A DNA stretch of 64,000 nucleotides from Candidatus Cacconaster equi (GCA_018065895.1 JAGHSK010000001.1:5834-69833); one strand, 5' to 3'; shown: positions 36,982 through 45,629, numbered from the stretch's first letter. Notes: generated by a model not told the origin, from the letters alone. A program made the numbers and translations.

Positions 36982-36985
36982 TAAT

Positions 36986-38002
36986 ATGAAAAGATTTGTG
37001 TTGATGGGGATAACCTCCATCGCGATGTCGCTTGTCGCTGCGACCGGTTGCAATTGGGACGATTCCAAGTCCGAAGCCGAAAACGGTGCAAAACTTGTTT
37101 TCGAATTTCTGCAGACAAAAGCACAGGAGACGCCTGTCGATGACTTCACCTTGAAAGTCTGCTCTCTTCAGGGAGACACCTGTTACATCGGGCGTTTCGG
37201 GGACAGACCTCAATCTCTCAACGTAAAGCCAGGTACCTATGAAGTGAGCCTCTACTCGAAGTTCGACTCCCCGGCGTTCGAAGCGCCTCAATATGGTGAC
37301 ATTGTAGAGGTCAACGTTAAAAAAAGAGAGCAGGTTACAGTTAATCTGATATGCAGGCTGATCAATTCGGGGCTCTCGTTCTCATTCAGCGATGCATTCA
37401 GGAAAGAGTACGGGAATTCCACCATACAGCTCTCTCAAGCAGGCGAAGTGCTCGAATATCCCGTTTCCCAAAGAAACGTGGCCTACTTCAATCCGGGAAG
37501 AGTGTTCCTTCTGCTGAACGGAGAAGTTGCCCTTTACAAAGATCTGGAACGCGGAGAATTACGCCATTTGAACCTGGATGCGGTTCACACCTCTTCGGAT
37601 GTGGGCTTTACGGTAAGTATTGACACCGACACACCTGTAACCGACGAAGATTTCACCTTGGAGGAACCCATATTCGGAGCCGATCAAGCCTGCCTGTTCG
37701 ACATCGGCCTGACAGCACGTGTGGAGGGAATAATTGTGGGTGCAGTGAAAAGCAGCAAGTTGATTCCGTCAGGAACGGCCGGCCTGGATGTCACCAGCAA
37801 CATATTCATAGCCACATCAGCAGATGCCGGCAACATAAAGGACGGGATGCCTGTAGAACTTACGAATTCTTTCAAGGGAGAACTGAATCTGGTGGACCAT
37901 CCGGAATTCGCGGGAAAGCGGATTGCCGTAAAAGGAACGATTCTCCCCTATTTTGGCGTAAAAGGGATAAAGAACTTGACGGAATATGAATTTATTTACT
38001 AA
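36986..38002 (+). CDS. Hypothetical lipoprotein
   Basis: Lipobox LVAATGC, beta-rich sequence, and a C-terminal ~90 aa (GMPVELTN...GKRIAVKGTILPYFGVKGIKNLTEYEF) that looks OB-fold-like. GGAGG lies 4 nt before the ATG. Confidence 0.55.
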   Translation: MKRFVLMGITSIAMSLVAATGCNWDDSKSEAENGAKLVFEFLQTKAQETPVDDFTLKVCSLQGDTCYIGRFGDRPQSLNVKPGTYEVSLYSKFDSPAFEAPQYGDIVEVNVKKREQVTVNLICRLINSGLSFSFSDAFRKEYGNSTIQLSQAGEVLEYPVSQRNVAYFNPGRVFLLLNGEVALYKDLERGELRHLNLDAVHTSSDVGFTVSIDTDTPVTDEDFTLEEPIFGADQACLFDIGLTARVEGIIVGAVKSSKLIPSGTAGLDVTSNIFIATSADAGNIKDGMPVELTNSFKGELNLVDHPEFAGKRIAVKGTILPYFGVKGIKNLTEYEFIY

Positions 38003-38027
38003 ACTTGGAAAAGATGACGTAACATCA

Positions 38028-38135
38028 ATGCGAATATGGCACAGCCGGGAGTCACCACTTCTTGTCATCTTCATCGTGGCACCTCTTTTGGGTGGCGCAT
38101 TGGCTGCAGGCGTTTGGAAATGCCTGAGCAAATAA
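38028..38135 (+). pseudogene. 35-codon ORF encoding one TM helix; possible remnant of the last helix of a MIP/aquaporin gene, or a small membrane peptide
   Basis: Translation is MRIWHSRESPLLVIFIVAPLLGGALAAGVWKCLSK. The segment IVAPLLGGALAAGVWK resembles, from memory, the C-terminal helix of AqpZ/GlpF-type channels. It is followed by an intrinsic terminator, and no NPA motif lies upstream. Confidence 0.25.
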
Positions 38136-38156
38136 CAAATCGGGATCGAAACAGGA

Positions 38157-38186
38157 AGAGGCCGGCAAAAACCGACCTCTTTTTTT
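38157..38186 (+). terminator. Rho-independent terminator
   Basis: Stem AGAGGCCGG / CCGACCTCT (8 bp plus one C-A mismatch), 6-nt loop, then a run of T residues. Confidence 0.5.
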
Positions 38187-38219
38187 CATCGCGACCCTGT
38201 GTCAAACCGCCGGAAAAAT

Positions 38220-40187
38220 TCATTTTCTGCCACCGATCCTGTAACTTACGCCCAGAATTATCCGACGATTATACAGGTCATATGCATATTCTGTTGTATT
38301 TGCTCCCGATTGGGATATATCTGTTGTGACATTGTCGAACACGTCGCTGAATTCAAGATGCAGGGTCCAGTTCCCCAATCTTTTAGCAAACTTTATCTGC
38401 CCGAGAAAACAATCACCGTCCATTTCATACCGTCTTTCTATGGCACTGTTGTAGATGAACCGGCCACTGAGCATCCAGTCTCCCTCAAAATTAAAGATTG
38501 GAGTGAGCCCGACATTGAAATAATTGCAATGCTCACGTTCTTTGTTCTTTAACATTGTATTCGAAAAAAAATTCCCGGAAACAGCGAGAGTAAGGATGTT
38601 GTAGGAATATATCACCGACATATTGGCCATGACTATATTGCTGATACCGGTATTTTCATAAGTTGTGTACACACTTGTGAAAGCTTTGTCGCTTTCTTTG
38701 ACGGGATTTTCATATATGACCTGATCCCTCTCCTCAATCAAGCCATCTCCCCTTATATAGCCCCCGTTTACGTTGAATAGGATATTGTGTCCATTCCGTT
38801 GCCAGTCGAACATATATTCAAGCTTGACCGTGTGGAGGTATGCATTGGACAGGTCGGGATTGCCGATTTTCCAACGTTTCGAACTGACATCAAAATACGG
38901 GTCAGGGTAAAGCATTGCTTCTGTAGGCTGGATGGTGTTCCTGACGAGTGACAATTTCAGGGCATGATGGTCCTTCATCCGCCATATCGTATTGATTTCC
39001 CCGATAAAGTCGTGGTTATCAACGTTTTTTACGGTCTTCTCCTTCAGCATATTGAAATCACGGCCATAGTACTGATACCTGAACGTTACGTCGGTTGACC
39101 ACCGGTCGCTCCTTTGCTGGAATGTAAAATATGGAGAGAGGTATGTGGTCCTTCCCTCCAGGATATTGGTCGTCGACCGCTTGTATGAGACGTTCATTCC
39201 GGTTATCATCGACAGCAGTTTTTTGCCATCGCGTATCATCAAAGGGAATGTCATCTTGGCCTGTCCGTCAACTGCATTCTGGCGATTGGCGGAACTGCCG
39301 ATACAAGGTTTGGATTCCATACCGGCGAAAATGGTCAATGTCGAGTTAGGATTGAATTTGTGCGAGTACTCCCCTTTGGCATTGAGCAGTGTCGTCTTGT
39401 TTACTGAAAATGTCGTATCCTTATAATTTTTGATCTGCGCCCAACCTTCTCCGACAATATCCTTGCCGTCAATCTCGAAATGGTTGTTCTGAATCTGAGT
39501 GGTCTTGGAGTTTTCACAGCTTTCAACAAACCACCCCTTGAGAATATCCTTGTCGCTAATGTCGTATTTTACAATCAGATTTGCCGTCTCCTGAAAATAT
39601 TTGCCATCGCTCATCTTCTCACCCTCCCATAAATATTGAGGAGTGGTCTGCCTGAATGTCCTGTAGTCATATGGCCAGAGAGCTTCCAGGTCAGCGTGCC
39701 CGTACAACTGTAATTTCTCTTTCCCGTAATTGATGTCAGCGCTCGGCATCAGGCCCGGCTCAGAAGAGGCGTCAAGGTAAACATCCCCGCTGATGCCTTC
39801 TTCCAACTTTCTGGGAATCAGATTGATTATACCGCTATAAAAACTGTTCTGCTGAGTAGCCACGGAAGAAGTGGAAATCTCTATCTTTTCAATTTGACTC
39901 AACTTGGTCTGAAACAGGAATATGTCGCGCCCCGCTCCAACACTCTTCCCGTCATATTGTATGTCGAAATTGCTGTAAAGCTCGTCTCCGCGGGCTATAC
40001 ACTCAGGAAAGATCTGCAAAAGGTCACTGACATTGACATACCCAGGCAGACCGATCTTGTCAACATATATGATTTTTTTACCCGGAATTATTTCAACACT
40101 CTGGTTCTGGGCGGATGCAGCCACCCCGGTCAACACGATGATACATATTGACGGCAGAAGAAACAAAAATAATTTGACTGATTTCAT
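38220..40187 (-). CDS. Outer-membrane beta-barrel protein, TonB-dependent-receptor-like
   Basis: Signal peptide; plug-like N-terminal segment (VSDLLQIFPECIARG...IEISTSS); alternating beta-strand pattern to the C-terminus; 655 aa. Confidence 0.6.
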   Translation of the reverse strand: MKSVKLFLFLLPSICIIVLTGVAASAQNQSVEIIPGKKIIYVDKIGLPGYVNVSDLLQIFPECIARGDELYSNFDIQYDGKSVGAGRDIFLFQTKLSQIEKIEISTSSVATQQNSFYSGIINLIPRKLEEGISGDVYLDASSEPGLMPSADINYGKEKLQLYGHADLEALWPYDYRTFRQTTPQYLWEGEKMSDGKYFQETANLIVKYDISDKDILKGWFVESCENSKTTQIQNNHFEIDGKDIVGEGWAQIKNYKDTTFSVNKTTLLNAKGEYSHKFNPNSTLTIFAGMESKPCIGSSANRQNAVDGQAKMTFPLMIRDGKKLLSMITGMNVSYKRSTTNILEGRTTYLSPYFTFQQRSDRWSTDVTFRYQYYGRDFNMLKEKTVKNVDNHDFIGEINTIWRMKDHHALKLSLVRNTIQPTEAMLYPDPYFDVSSKRWKIGNPDLSNAYLHTVKLEYMFDWQRNGHNILFNVNGGYIRGDGLIEERDQVIYENPVKESDKAFTSVYTTYENTGISNIVMANMSVIYSYNILTLAVSGNFFSNTMLKNKEREHCNYFNVGLTPIFNFEGDWMLSGRFIYNSAIERRYEMDGDCFLGQIKFAKRLGNWTLHLEFSDVFDNVTTDISQSGANTTEYAYDLYNRRIILGVSYRIGGRK

Positions 40188-40217
40188 GGCAGAAAATCAA
40201 CAGTTCCCATAACAGCA

Positions 40218-40225
40218 CAAATTTA
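40218..40225 (-). promoter_or_regulatory. -7 promoter box for outer-membrane barrel gene
   Basis: Minus-strand TAAATTTG, 30 nt upstream of ATG 40187. Confidence 0.4.
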
Positions 40226-40236
40226 CAAAAATTATG

Positions 40237-40244
40237 TAAGTTTG
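40237..40244 (+). promoter_or_regulatory. -7 promoter box for MATE gene
   Basis: TAAGTTTG, 22 nt before ATG 40267; back-to-back with the divergent box at 40218..40225. Confidence 0.4.
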
Positions 40245-40266
40245 TAGATTATAAAAGGCCTTCACA

Positions 40267-42036
40267 ATGAGTCTTTATAGCAACAAGCTTATTAATCACA
40301 GTCTTTTCTTTGTTCTCATTTCCACCGTGTTCACGGCGGCGGCACCACTCATTGCCGTTTTCGTGGACGGAGTGTTCACCAGCAACCTCCTGGGAAAGGA
40401 TGCCTTCAATGCGATAAACCTTGTACTTCCCATTTCAAACCTGGTTATGGTACTCACCCTGATCTGCAATATGGGAGGCAGTCTCTTCGCCGCAAGGGCG
40501 ATGGCCGTCGGTGACCATGAAACGCAGAACAAGTATTTTACCGCAAGTCTGGTGGCCTCTGTAGCCGTAGCCTGGCTGGCTATCGCCGTAATCGGACTGG
40601 GAATTGACAGAATCTCGACCCGCCTCTGCCCTATCGAGACCGGAGCGGTCTATTTCAAGGACTATCTGAGTGTGATGCTGGTCTATTTCGTTTTCCTTCC
40701 TTTCGCTACGACCTTCAACAATATGGTTCAGATGGAAGGATATCCGAAGCTTGCCACACAGATTGTTATAGCTGCAAACATAGTCAACGTCATCCTTGAT
40801 TATGTATTTATCGTTGTCCTGCATTGGGGCATCAAAGGCGCTGCTTGGGCGACAGTGGCATCCGGTCTGATAAACGTGGTGCTCTATCTGCCGTATTTCG
40901 CCCGAGGGCGGAGCAGCTACAGGCTGAAGAAACTTATGCTGAAGGACGGTCCGATATTCAAGAAGATGTTCATCCATGGTGTTGGGTTCAATATATTCTA
41001 CATCATGACGAATCTTCTTCTCCTTATGACGAACAAACTTATCCTCAGCCGCCTCGGCTCTGACGGAATGCTCATATATGGAGTATGCACTCAAATTCAG
41101 TCACTGACGTTCTGCGTGGTCGTAGGAATGAACATAGGCGGTATCGCGGAGATTACTGCTCTCAGCGGAGAACATGACATAAACGGTGTGAAATACACGT
41201 TCCGCAAGATAACTGCAGCGAATGCGGTGTTCTATCTCCTCCTCCTTCTGCTCATGGCCATTGCTCCGGCGCTCGTAGCGTCCTGCTTCGGCATCAAAGA
41301 CCCGGACATCTTGTCTGAGTGCCGGTTCCCGTTCACCTGCTACTGCATTTATTACCTGTGTTTCGCGATGATTGCCGTACACACCACACTTTCCTATCAG
41401 CTCAACGGTCACGTCGGGGCCAAGGCTTTCTATGTATTCGGTCTTGGCATAGTGGTGTACCTTCTTATGCTGGCATTATCCTTCTTCAGCACCAGACTTA
41501 TGTGGTTGGCATTCCCGGTGGGAGGAATCACCATGCTGATGGCCACTCTCTCATTCGGATACAGGAGATACCTCAAGGACAGGAACCTCACTACTTTCAG
41601 CCTGTTTAACCGATATCCCGACGATGTCAGAGTCAACTGTACGGTAGACTATGCCGGCAAGGACATGCCGGAGATGTTGCGAGCTCTTGAAGTATTCCAA
41701 GATGTGTGCGAACTGAAGAAAGAGACCCGCTACTTCATTGAGATGTGTGCGAGGGAGTTCTGCGACGAAATCACTTCCCGACGGCCACCTCTTTTCAACG
41801 ACGTGTTCAACGTCTCATTCAGCTATCGTGACGATGAATTCGTGATGACCTTCAAGAATCCCGGCGCTCCATTCCAAATGAAACTCGACCCGGAGGAGAT
41901 GAATGTAATCAGGAATACCGACGATATTTCGGTGGAGGATATCCGCAAACTTATCATCAACGGATTACCCGACAGCATTTCCTTCAACTATCAGTTCGGT
42001 CTTAACGTCACACAGTTCCACTGGCGTCTCAACTGA
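40267..42036 (+). CDS. MATE-family transporter with ~155-aa C-terminal cytoplasmic extension
   Basis: About 12 TM segments; GIKGAAWATV MATE-type motif. Residues ~432-589 are soluble and are not part of a normal ~450-aa MATE protein. Confidence 0.7.
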   Translation: MSLYSNKLINHSLFFVLISTVFTAAAPLIAVFVDGVFTSNLLGKDAFNAINLVLPISNLVMVLTLICNMGGSLFAARAMAVGDHETQNKYFTASLVASVAVAWLAIAVIGLGIDRISTRLCPIETGAVYFKDYLSVMLVYFVFLPFATTFNNMVQMEGYPKLATQIVIAANIVNVILDYVFIVVLHWGIKGAAWATVASGLINVVLYLPYFARGRSSYRLKKLMLKDGPIFKKMFIHGVGFNIFYIMTNLLLLMTNKLILSRLGSDGMLIYGVCTQIQSLTFCVVVGMNIGGIAEITALSGEHDINGVKYTFRKITAANAVFYLLLLLLMAIAPALVASCFGIKDPDILSECRFPFTCYCIYYLCFAMIAVHTTLSYQLNGHVGAKAFYVFGLGIVVYLLMLALSFFSTRLMWLAFPVGGITMLMATLSFGYRRYLKDRNLTTFSLFNRYPDDVRVNCTVDYAGKDMPEMLRALEVFQDVCELKKETRYFIEMCAREFCDEITSRRPPLFNDVFNVSFSYRDDEFVMTFKNPGAPFQMKLDPEEMNVIRNTDDISVEDIRKLIINGLPDSISFNYQFGLNVTQFHWRLN

Positions 42037-42113
42037 GATTCGCCCGAGCTCGACCCGAATGAGCGAAGCGAGTGGGAGAGGCAATTGAAGGGAGCAGACA
42101 CAGAGCCTCATTT

Positions 42114-42148
42114 AAAAAAGATAAGTCGCTGATATTCAGCGACTTATC
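42114..42148 (-). terminator. Rho-independent terminator downstream of tRNA-Lys
   Basis: Perfect 13-bp stem GATAAGTCGCTGA / TCAGCGACTTATC with a 3-nt loop, followed on the minus strand by TTTTTT. Confidence 0.65.
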
Positions 42149-42150
42149 TG

Positions 42151-42223
42151 TGATCCGCTTGGGGCTCGAACCCAAGACCCCAGCATTAAAAGTGCTGTGC
42201 TCTACCAACTGAGCTAGCGAATC
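42151..42223 (-). tRNA. tRNA-Lys (anticodon UUU)
   Basis: 73-nt cloverleaf: acceptor GATTCGC/GCGGATC, D arm GCTCAGTTGGTAGAGC, anticodon stem CAGCA/TGCTG with loop CTTTTAA, T arm TTGGGTTCGAGCCCCAA. No encoded CCA. Confidence 0.95.
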
Positions 42224-42247
42224 GACACTTCCCTTAAAAAGGGATTG

Positions 42248-42255
42248 CAAATGTA
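42248..42255 (-). promoter_or_regulatory. -7 promoter box for tRNA-Lys
   Basis: Minus-strand TACATTTG, 24 nt upstream of the tRNA 5' end. Confidence 0.4.
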
Positions 42256-42270
42256 GACATTAATTTATAA

Positions 42271-42307
42271 AAAACAAAAAAAAGTGAGCCGGAATTATCC
42301 GGCTCAC
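42271..42307 (-). terminator. Rho-independent terminator of the nqr operon
   Basis: 9-bp stem GTGAGCCGG / CCGGCTCAC with a 6-nt loop, 13 nt after the nqrF stop, followed on the minus strand by a T-rich run (TTTTTTTTGTTTTT). Confidence 0.6.
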
Positions 42308-42319
42308 AATTTTTCATCC

Positions 42320-43594
42320 CTATGCGCCAAAATTGTCGTAAAGGATATTTTCAGGTTGTACTCCCAGTGAATCGAGCAGATTTACAACTGCACCGACCAT
42401 CATAGGAGGGCCGCACATAAAGTACTTGATATCTTCAGGAGCCTCATGATCCTTGAGATAAGTCTCGTACATCACGTTGTGAACGAAACCTGCCACATAC
42501 TTCACACCAGCTGCATCCGCTGCAGGATCAGGACGGTCGAGGGCAAGATGGAAGTGGAAGTTAGGGAATTCACGCTCGATTTCGGCAAAATCCTCAAGGT
42601 AGAAGGCCTCGACAAGAGCACGCGCACCATAGAAGAAGTGAACGGTCTTTCCGGTCTTGAGAGTCTTGAAGAGTTGCATGATGTGGCTGCGCAAAGGTGC
42701 CATTCCGGCGCCGCCGCCAACAAAGATGTACTCCTGTGAATCAGGATCGTCCTTAGGAAGAAGGAATTCTCCGTAAGGTCCGCTGATCATAACCTTGTCG
42801 CCAGGTTTGCGTGTGAACACATATGAAGATGCGATACCAGGGTTGACAGGAAGAAGCTTCGGTCCGAGTTCTTTCGGAACACTGCGGTCGAACGGCGGTG
42901 TGGCGATGCGGACATTGAGCTTGATGATACCCTTCTCACCAGGATAAGAGGCCATAGAGTATGCTCTGATTGTAGGAACAGGGTTGGAAGAGTGGAGATT
43001 GAAGAATCCGAATTTCTCCCAGTCTTTCCTGTATTCAGGAGCTACGTCGATATCCTTGAAATCAAGTTCGTATGCAGGAATGTCGATCTGGATGTACTCA
43101 CCAGACTTGAATTCGAGGTTCTCGCCCTCCGGAAGCTTCACTGTGAACTCCTTGATGAAGGTGGCCACATTGTCGTTGGAGATAACCTCACATTCGAGTT
43201 TCTTTACGCTCAATACAGAATCAGGAACGTGAATCTTGAGATTGTCCTTGACCTTCACCTGGCATCCGAGACGCCAGTTGTCCATAATCTGCTTGCGTGA
43301 GAAGAATCCGACCTCTGTAGGGAGGATCGATCCGCCGCCCTCGAGAACCTGGCACTTGCACTGTCCGCAGTTGCCCTTTCCACCACAGGCAGAAGGAAGG
43401 AAAATCTTCTGTTCGGCAAGGGTTGAAAGAAGGGATCCGCCCATAGGAGCCTCAACGACCTTCTTACCCTCATTTATGTCGATGGTGACTGTTCCTGAAG
43501 GAGTGAGTTTGATCTTGATGAAAAGAAGCAGCGCAACGAGCAAAAGAGTTACAACTACGATAACTGCGACTGCCGATATAATTGTCATATTCAT
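42320..43594 (-). CDS. nqrF: Na+-translocating NADH:quinone oxidoreductase subunit F
   Basis: N-terminal TM helix; 2Fe-2S ferredoxin motif CGGKGNCGQCKC; FAD/NADH domains (RAYSMAS, GGGAGMAP). Confidence 0.95.
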   Translation of the reverse strand: MNMTIISAVAVIVVVTLLLVALLLFIKIKLTPSGTVTIDINEGKKVVEAPMGGSLLSTLAEQKIFLPSACGGKGNCGQCKCQVLEGGGSILPTEVGFFSRKQIMDNWRLGCQVKVKDNLKIHVPDSVLSVKKLECEVISNDNVATFIKEFTVKLPEGENLEFKSGEYIQIDIPAYELDFKDIDVAPEYRKDWEKFGFFNLHSSNPVPTIRAYSMASYPGEKGIIKLNVRIATPPFDRSVPKELGPKLLPVNPGIASSYVFTRKPGDKVMISGPYGEFLLPKDDPDSQEYIFVGGGAGMAPLRSHIMQLFKTLKTGKTVHFFYGARALVEAFYLEDFAEIEREFPNFHFHLALDRPDPAADAAGVKYVAGFVHNVMYETYLKDHEAPEDIKYFMCGPPMMVGAVVNLLDSLGVQPENILYDNFGA

Positions 43595-43601
43595 ATTACC
43601 G

Positions 43602-43606
43602 CCTCC
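43602..43606 (-). promoter_or_regulatory. Shine-Dalgarno-like GGAGG for nqrF
   Basis: Minus strand reads TAA TGA GGAGG CGGTAAT ATG; 7-nt spacer. Confidence 0.45.
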
Positions 43607-43609
43607 TCA

Positions 43610-44179
43610 TTAAAGTTTGATACCCATGAATGACATGAAAGCAATACCCATCAGGCCTACCACGATAAAAGTGATGCCGATACCCTTGAGCCCCTTTGGA
43701 ACGTGGCAGTAAGCCATTTTCTCGCGGATAGCTGCAAGGGCCACGATAGCCAGATACCAGCCGATACCTGAACCGAGGGCATATACTACCGGCTCGCCGA
43801 AATTGGTGAAGTCTCTCTGCTGCATGAAGAGTGATCCACCGAGGATGGCACAGTTCACGGCAATCAGAGGAAGGTATATGCCGAGTGACGAGTAAAGCGA
43901 AGGAAGGAATTTTTCAACTACCATCTCCACAACCTGAGTGATGGCGGCAATGACTGCGATGAAGATGATGAAACTGAGGAAGCTCAGGTCAACGTCAGCC
44001 AAGGCAGGGCTTATCCAGCTCATTGCGCCAGGTTTGAGGAAATATGTGAAAAGCAGGTAGTTGACAGGAAGAGTGATGAGCAGCACCCCGATCACGGCAA
44101 TTCCCAGACCGTTGGCTGTCTTCACATTTTTGGATACCGCCAGGTATGAACACATACCGAGGAAGTATGCAAAAATCAT
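43610..44179 (-). CDS. nqrE: Na+-translocating NADH:quinone oxidoreductase subunit E (N-terminus anomalous, see findings)
   Basis: [16 protein letters not shown] and [12 protein letters not shown] motifs. The ORF starts at a Met that aligns with an internal Met of other NqrE proteins. Conserved upstream codons continue to 44227 but contain an in-frame TGA. Confidence 0.85.
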   Translation of the reverse strand: MIFAYFLGMCSYLAVSKNVKTANGLGIAVIGVLLITLPVNYLLFTYFLKPGAMSWISPALADVDLSFLSFIIFIAVIAAITQVVEMVVEKFLPSLYSSLGIYLPLIAVNCAILGGSLFMQQRDFTNFGEPVVYALGSGIGWYLAIVALAAIREKMAYCHVPKGLKGIGITFIVVGLMGIAFMSFMGIKL

Positions 44180-44241
44180 ATTATCAACGAAAATTCACTT
44201 TACGAATAAGCTTAAATATTCCCTAATCGATAAGAGTTACA

Positions 44242-44865
44242 TTATTTTTCCTGGAGATCTTTATCAATACTTCTGTGGATCCAGATGATGCATCCCAGAA
44301 GAATCAGTGCGAATGGAGGCAGGATTACGAGTCCGTTGTTGACATATCCTGCTGCGTAGAATGAGTCAGGAATAACCTGAAGACCGAAGAGTGTGCCGCT
44401 TCCGAGAAGTTCACGGAAGAAGGCCACGATAATCAGAATCATACCATAACCCACACCGTTTGACAGACCGTCAAGCAAAGAAGGGACAGGGCTGTTGCCG
44501 AGAGCGTATGCCTCGATGCGTCCCATCACGATACAGTTGGTGATGATAAGGCCGATGTAAACGGAAAGCTGTTTGTCGATGGCGTATGTCGCCTCAAAGG
44601 CCTTGAGGAACTGGTCGACAAGGATAACCATAAGAGCCACTACAACCAGCTGCACGATGATGCGCACGCGGTTAGGAATGGTCTTTCTGAGAAGCGAGCA
44701 TACAAAGCTTGACAGGCCGGTAACCACAGTTACCGACAGGGCCATTACGAAAGCGCCCTTGAGCCCTACTGTAACGGCCAGGGAAGAGCAGATACCCAAT
44801 ACAAGGACAGTGATAGGATTGCCTTTGAGTATAGGGTTCAGAATAGTTTCTTTCATATTTGCCAT
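44242..44865 (-). CDS. nqrD: Na+-translocating NADH:quinone oxidoreductase subunit D
   Basis: 207 aa; polytopic; LGICSSLAV and IITNCIVMGR motifs. Confidence 0.95.
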   Translation of the reverse strand: MANMKETILNPILKGNPITVLVLGICSSLAVTVGLKGAFVMALSVTVVTGLSSFVCSLLRKTIPNRVRIIVQLVVVALMVILVDQFLKAFEATYAIDKQLSVYIGLIITNCIVMGRIEAYALGNSPVPSLLDGLSNGVGYGMILIIVAFFRELLGSGTLFGLQVIPDSFYAAGYVNNGLVILPPFALILLGCIIWIHRSIDKDLQEK

Positions 44866-44868
44866 AGC

Positions 44869-45627
44869 TTATTCCTCCACATTTTCAATTGCCACTGCGA
44901 CGGTATCGGCTGCAGCGCTCTGGGCTGCAAGAGCCTGTGCCGCCTTGAGGGCGGATACGTACTGTTTGAGCCAGTTTCCGATGGCATCATTCAAACCGTT
45001 GCTGGTCATTGTGGCACCACTGATGGCATCGACCTTGCTTGTCATGTCGAGACCTTTGGCTGTTCCGTTCTTGACGATTTCGAAAGGCATGTCAGCATCT
45101 TCGAAATCCACCTTCTTGCCTTGGAACAATGCGCGGAATGCCGGGTCATCCTTGATTTTTCCACCAAGCCCCGGAGTCTCCGACTCGTGGTCGAAATATG
45201 CACCTACAATTGTCTGATAATCGGTATCGAAGGCAATGAATCCCCAGACAGGGCCCCATAGACCGGCACCGTAAACCGGAATCACGGAGATGCCGTTCTT
45301 GAACTCGTAATACGGAAGTTCAGCTTCATCGACCGAACCTTCCTTGATCTTATAGTTGAGAGCCTTGAGGGTTGAAGGGGAAACCACCGCCTGTTCATTT
45401 GCAATGTTCTCATTGAAGAACTTGATGGTAGCGGCATTCCCGATCTCCTGCCAATGCTCCTTTTCACCGAACTGTGCAGCCGTAAGGATCTGGCTGATGG
45501 TCTCAGCTTTCTCGTTTGCCTCCTGCATAGGCTTGAGGGACTGCGAAACGAAAGCAAGAACCGCAGCGACAATCACAACAATGACTGTCGTGTACACTAC
45601 TGTATAAACGTTACTGTTTGTATTCAT
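44869..45627 (-). CDS. nqrC: Na+-translocating NADH:quinone oxidoreductase subunit C
   Basis: N-terminal anchor; FMN attachment motif ISGATMTS. Confidence 0.9.
   Translation of the reverse strand: MNTNSNVYTVVYTTVIVVIVAAVLAFVSQSLKPMQEANEKAETISQILTAAQFGEKEHWQEIGNAATIKFFNENIANEQAVVSPSTLKALNYKIKEGSVDEAELPYYEFKNGISVIPVYGAGLWGPVWGFIAFDTDYQTIVGAYFDHESETPGLGGKIKDDPAFRALFQGKKVDFEDADMPFEIVKNGTAKGLDMTSKVDAISGATMTSNGLNDAIGNWLKQYVSALKAAQALAAQSAAADTVAVAIENVEE
44874..44878 (-). promoter_or_regulatory. Shine-Dalgarno-like GGAGG for nqrD
   Basis: Minus strand reads GTGGAGGAATAAGCTATG. The GGAGG lies inside the last nqrC codons, with an 8-nt spacer. Confidence 0.45.
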
Positions 45628-45629
45628 GA

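Noticed and set aside
36975-36982. The strong AAGGAGGT in front of the lipoprotein gene as evidence of recent horizontal acquisition from an SD-using phylum.
   Set aside because: The same GGAGG core occurs in front of core genes (korB, nqrB, nqrD, nqrF) in this window, so an SD is not foreign to this genome. I retain it only as part of the SD-usage observation.
42029-42250. A 73-aa ORF on the minus strand, and similarly 23146..23340 (64 aa).
   Set aside because: Both ORFs are translations through tRNA genes (tRNA-Lys and tRNA-Phe respectively). The cloverleaf structures explain the sequence.
44195-44197. The idea that the in-frame TGA in nqrE reflects genome-wide TGA reassignment (code 4 or 25-like).
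   Set aside because: Many well-supported genes in the window terminate at TGA at the expected protein length (for example 1871..1873, 28751..28753, 56583..56585, 63270..63272). The six-frame track under the standard code gives full-length orthologue-sized proteins throughout.
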